Source: a virus (Duplodnaviria > Caudoviricetes). From it: a DNA stretch of 64,000 bases. The stretch lies in the IMG/VR virus record IMGVR_UViG_3300036868_000046, positions 1 to 64,000 of that record, one strand, 5' to 3'. This document shows positions 61,858-64,000 of the stretch, piece after piece. The translations under genes and the position numbers were made by a program. Each line of letters starts with the position of its first letter. The first letter of the stretch is position 1. The notes under the pieces are model-generated. The model was not told the origin of the DNA. It searched no databases and saw only the letters and a program-made list of their open reading frames with translations.

Positions 61858-62558
61858 GATGAGCAATGACAAGATGGAGCGCATCGTCGGCGACGCCGCG
61901 CTGCGCGCTCGACACGCGGCCAGATACGAATGCGCGGTGTGCACAGGTATCGGCTGCGCCGCCGGGGCGGTTCTGTTCGCCGCGACGTACTTCATGGGCT
62001 TCTCCGGGATCGTGATCGCGCTGGCTACCTACTGGGGTGGCGGCGCGGTGACGGTCGCGGCCATCCGGTATCGCGCCGGACGCCAGCCGCCCGAGGTCCG
62101 GCAGTTCACCGACTCCTTCTGGCGAGGCTTCCGCGACGGCCTCGCCCTGGGGCCGGTGCGCCGCTGGTGGAGGTCCCGATGATGCGCCGCGCACCGGCGA
62201 ACTCGCTCTCGGAGGCGTGGGTCATGCTCCAAGACCTGGCGACCCGCCACCCTGGGGCCACGATGGTCGTCCTGATCGACGAGGTCCTGGGCGTGGCCGT
62301 ACCGAACATCACCTACACCATGAAGCTCCGGCTTCTCCAGCGGGTCATCGATCGACTCTCGCTGCAGGTGGACGAGCAGGGGACTGGGACGGTGGCGACG
62401 TGACGGAGCGGATCTGGGGACATGCCAGTGGCTGGTATCTGGCCTACCAGCTGCTGGGCGGGGCCGTGGCGCTCGGGATCGCCATCTGCGATGTCCTCTC
62501 CACGGTCATGTTCGCGATCTCCGACCAGATGGCGAACGACGATCTGCGCCTGAACTGA
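61858..62558 (+). CDS. Small membrane and hypothetical ORFs (61858-62182, 62179-62403, 62400-62558)
   Basis: Coupled ORFs with TM segments. Confidence 0.5.
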
Positions 62559-63405
62559 CCAGGCCCGAGGCCAGGTCCTGGCCGATGCGGTCGAGGTCTG
62601 CCTGCGAGACGGCGTCGACGTAGCGCGCCGCGGTCGTCATCGACTCCCACCCCATGAACTTCTGCAGCTTCACGATGGCGTTCGGATCGCCAGCGAGGCG
62701 GTCGAGGTAGCGCGTCGCGAACGTGTGGCGGAAGCGGTGCGGGTTCATCTCGTCGATGCCCACCTTCTTGGCCATCCGGCGCGACGCGCGCCAGATCGCC
62801 TTCGATGCCACCTTGGGGTTCTCCGACGTCGTCACCAGCTCGGCGACACGCGTCCACCCAGGGTACGAGTAGAGGACCCGGAGCGGCTCCAGGATGGGCG
62901 TGGCGTCGAACTCGAGGCGCTTCCTGCCCTTGCCCTCGTAGGTCAGCTTGCCCGTCGAGAGCGCGCGCTCCACCTCGCTCCGCCTCATCCGCAAGATGTC
63001 GCCGGACCTAAGGCCGCGCAGGGCCATGATGAGCACCACCTGGCGCTTGGGCTCGGTGTTGACCTTGCTCTCGTCGGTCTGCACCTGGTGCAGCACGCGA
63101 CGCAGGTCGTCGATCGGAAGCGGCGCCTTGTCGCGCAGCCGGCGCGCGGGCGGAAGGCGCAGGTCCGCGAGTCGCTGCCGGAGCTCCTCGTCCTTGCTGT
63201 AGAGTGCCCAGGACCGCAGCGCGGCGAGGTTCGTGCGGAGGCTGTTGGGCGCCAGCGCGCCGGCGATCAGCCGGTGCGTGATGCCCTTGGCGTCGGACGC
63301 GCACATGCGGAGGTTCGAGACGTAGAGCGCGGCCGTCCCAGAAGACCGCCCTCGCTCCATGAGCCAGGTCGTGAAGCGTTCCAGGTTCTGCTCCGTGATC
63401 TTCAC
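62506..63405 (-). CDS. Tyrosine recombinase/integrase
   Basis: GLRSGDI (R), GKGRK (K), PHRFRHTF (HxxR), MGWES (W) and TAARY (Y); GTG start after AGGA. Confidence 0.92.
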   Translation of the reverse strand: MKITEQNLERFTTWLMERGRSSGTAALYVSNLRMCASDAKGITHRLIAGALAPNSLRTNLAALRSWALYSKDEELRQRLADLRLPPARRLRDKAPLPIDDLRRVLHQVQTDESKVNTEPKRQVVLIMALRGLRSGDILRMRRSEVERALSTGKLTYEGKGRKRLEFDATPILEPLRVLYSYPGWTRVAELVTTSENPKVASKAIWRASRRMAKKVGIDEMNPHRFRHTFATRYLDRLAGDPNAIVKLQKFMGWESMTTAARYVDAVSQADLDRIGQDLASGLVSSGADRRSPSGRRSRT

Positions 63406-63427
63406 GTCCTGTCCTACAATACCACGC

Positions 63428-64000
63428 ATGACCCACGTGCTGACCTCGAACCCCCCTTGGGCCACCAGGGTGCTGACCGAGTCATGGATGACCATGCGCG
63501 AGTACGTCAGGCCCGCGTGGCTCCCCATCATCGAAGCCGTCGAGTACACCCAGCCTGGGCTGGTCGTCGGCGAGATCCATGAATACGGGTGCGGCGCCTA
63601 CGGGTGCGTGTTCCCAACGCACGACCCCAAGGTCGTCCTGAAGATCACCGCCGACGACACCGAGGCCGAGTTCGCGGCGATGCTCGCGCCGTCCATCGCA
63701 GCACCGATCTGCACGGACTACTACACCGTGCTGAAGCTCGGGAAGAAGTTCAAGGATAGCCACAAGGGCACGGAGAAGACCGAGCTCTACCTCCTCTGGC
63801 GGGAGGCGGCGTCGCATGTGGGCGACGCCGAACGCCTGGGCAAGGCGGCCCGCCGCCTCATCCTCGAACAGCACGGGCGTGCCCAGGCGGCCTACCACGC
63901 GATCTTTCACCATCAAGATGACCAGGTGATCGCTGGTGACGTCCGCGCGTGGCTCGCGGCGCTCGACCGCATGGCGGAGGATCCGACCGTCGGCGCGCTC
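63428..64000 (+). CDS. Protein kinase-like protein, 3'-truncated (absent from the ORF track)
   Basis: My translation: ...EYGCGAYGCVFPTHDPKVVLKITADDTEAEF... gives the Gly-rich loop, the VxLK lysine and the alphaC Glu. Confidence 0.75.
   Translation, partial: MTHVLTSNPPWATRVLTESWMTMREYVRPAWLPIIEAVEYTQPGLVVGEIHEYGCGAYGCVFPTHDPKVVLKITADDTEAEFAAMLAPSIAAPICTDYYTVLKLGKKFKDSHKGTEKTELYLLWREAASHVGDAERLGKAARRLILEQHGRAQAAYHAIFHHQDDQVIAGDVRAWLAALDRMAEDPTVGAL

Noticed and set aside
10414-62950. Many long antisense or alternate-frame ORFs (e.g. 10473-12275, 22954-25251, 24701-26827, 36963-38732, 39362-41530)
   Set aside because: They are shadow ORFs expected in high-GC DNA and overlap better-supported genes.
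1-64000. tRNA/rRNA genes, DNA polymerase, helicase, terminase or packaging ATPase
   Set aside because: No supporting motifs were seen by eye; they may lie outside the window.

Overview
This window is 64 kb of a high-GC, gene-dense virus or provirus genome that runs off both ends. I see no HK97 capsid, portal, terminase or tail-tube genes. A minus-strand block at ~19.5-41.9 kb instead encodes two candidate single-jelly-roll capsid proteins, an Arg-rich core protein, many small tail-anchored membrane proteins, a Gly-rich fibre and a transglutaminase-like Cys protease, which suggests a tailless, internal-membrane virus. Cys-rich lipoproteins, a receiver domain and a chemoreceptor-like fragment suggest a Myxococcota-like host (inference). 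A tyrosine recombinase, a GH25 endolysin and a lytic transglycosylase point to a temperate lifestyle. Three systems stand out. (1) A Cas12m-like (type V-M) effector with a non-canonical RuvC, a 36-nt-repeat CRISPR array that decays into hairpin-only repeats, and three separate clusters of minimal repeat hairpins with compensatory base changes. (2) Five complete type II hammerhead ribozymes at gene boundaries of an early-gene cassette, each starting on a TAG stop codon. (3) A shared N-terminal M-x-Y...[LMF]G leader on about ten virion membrane proteins next to a protease that carries the same motif. No database search or folding program was run; all calls come from reading motifs by eye.
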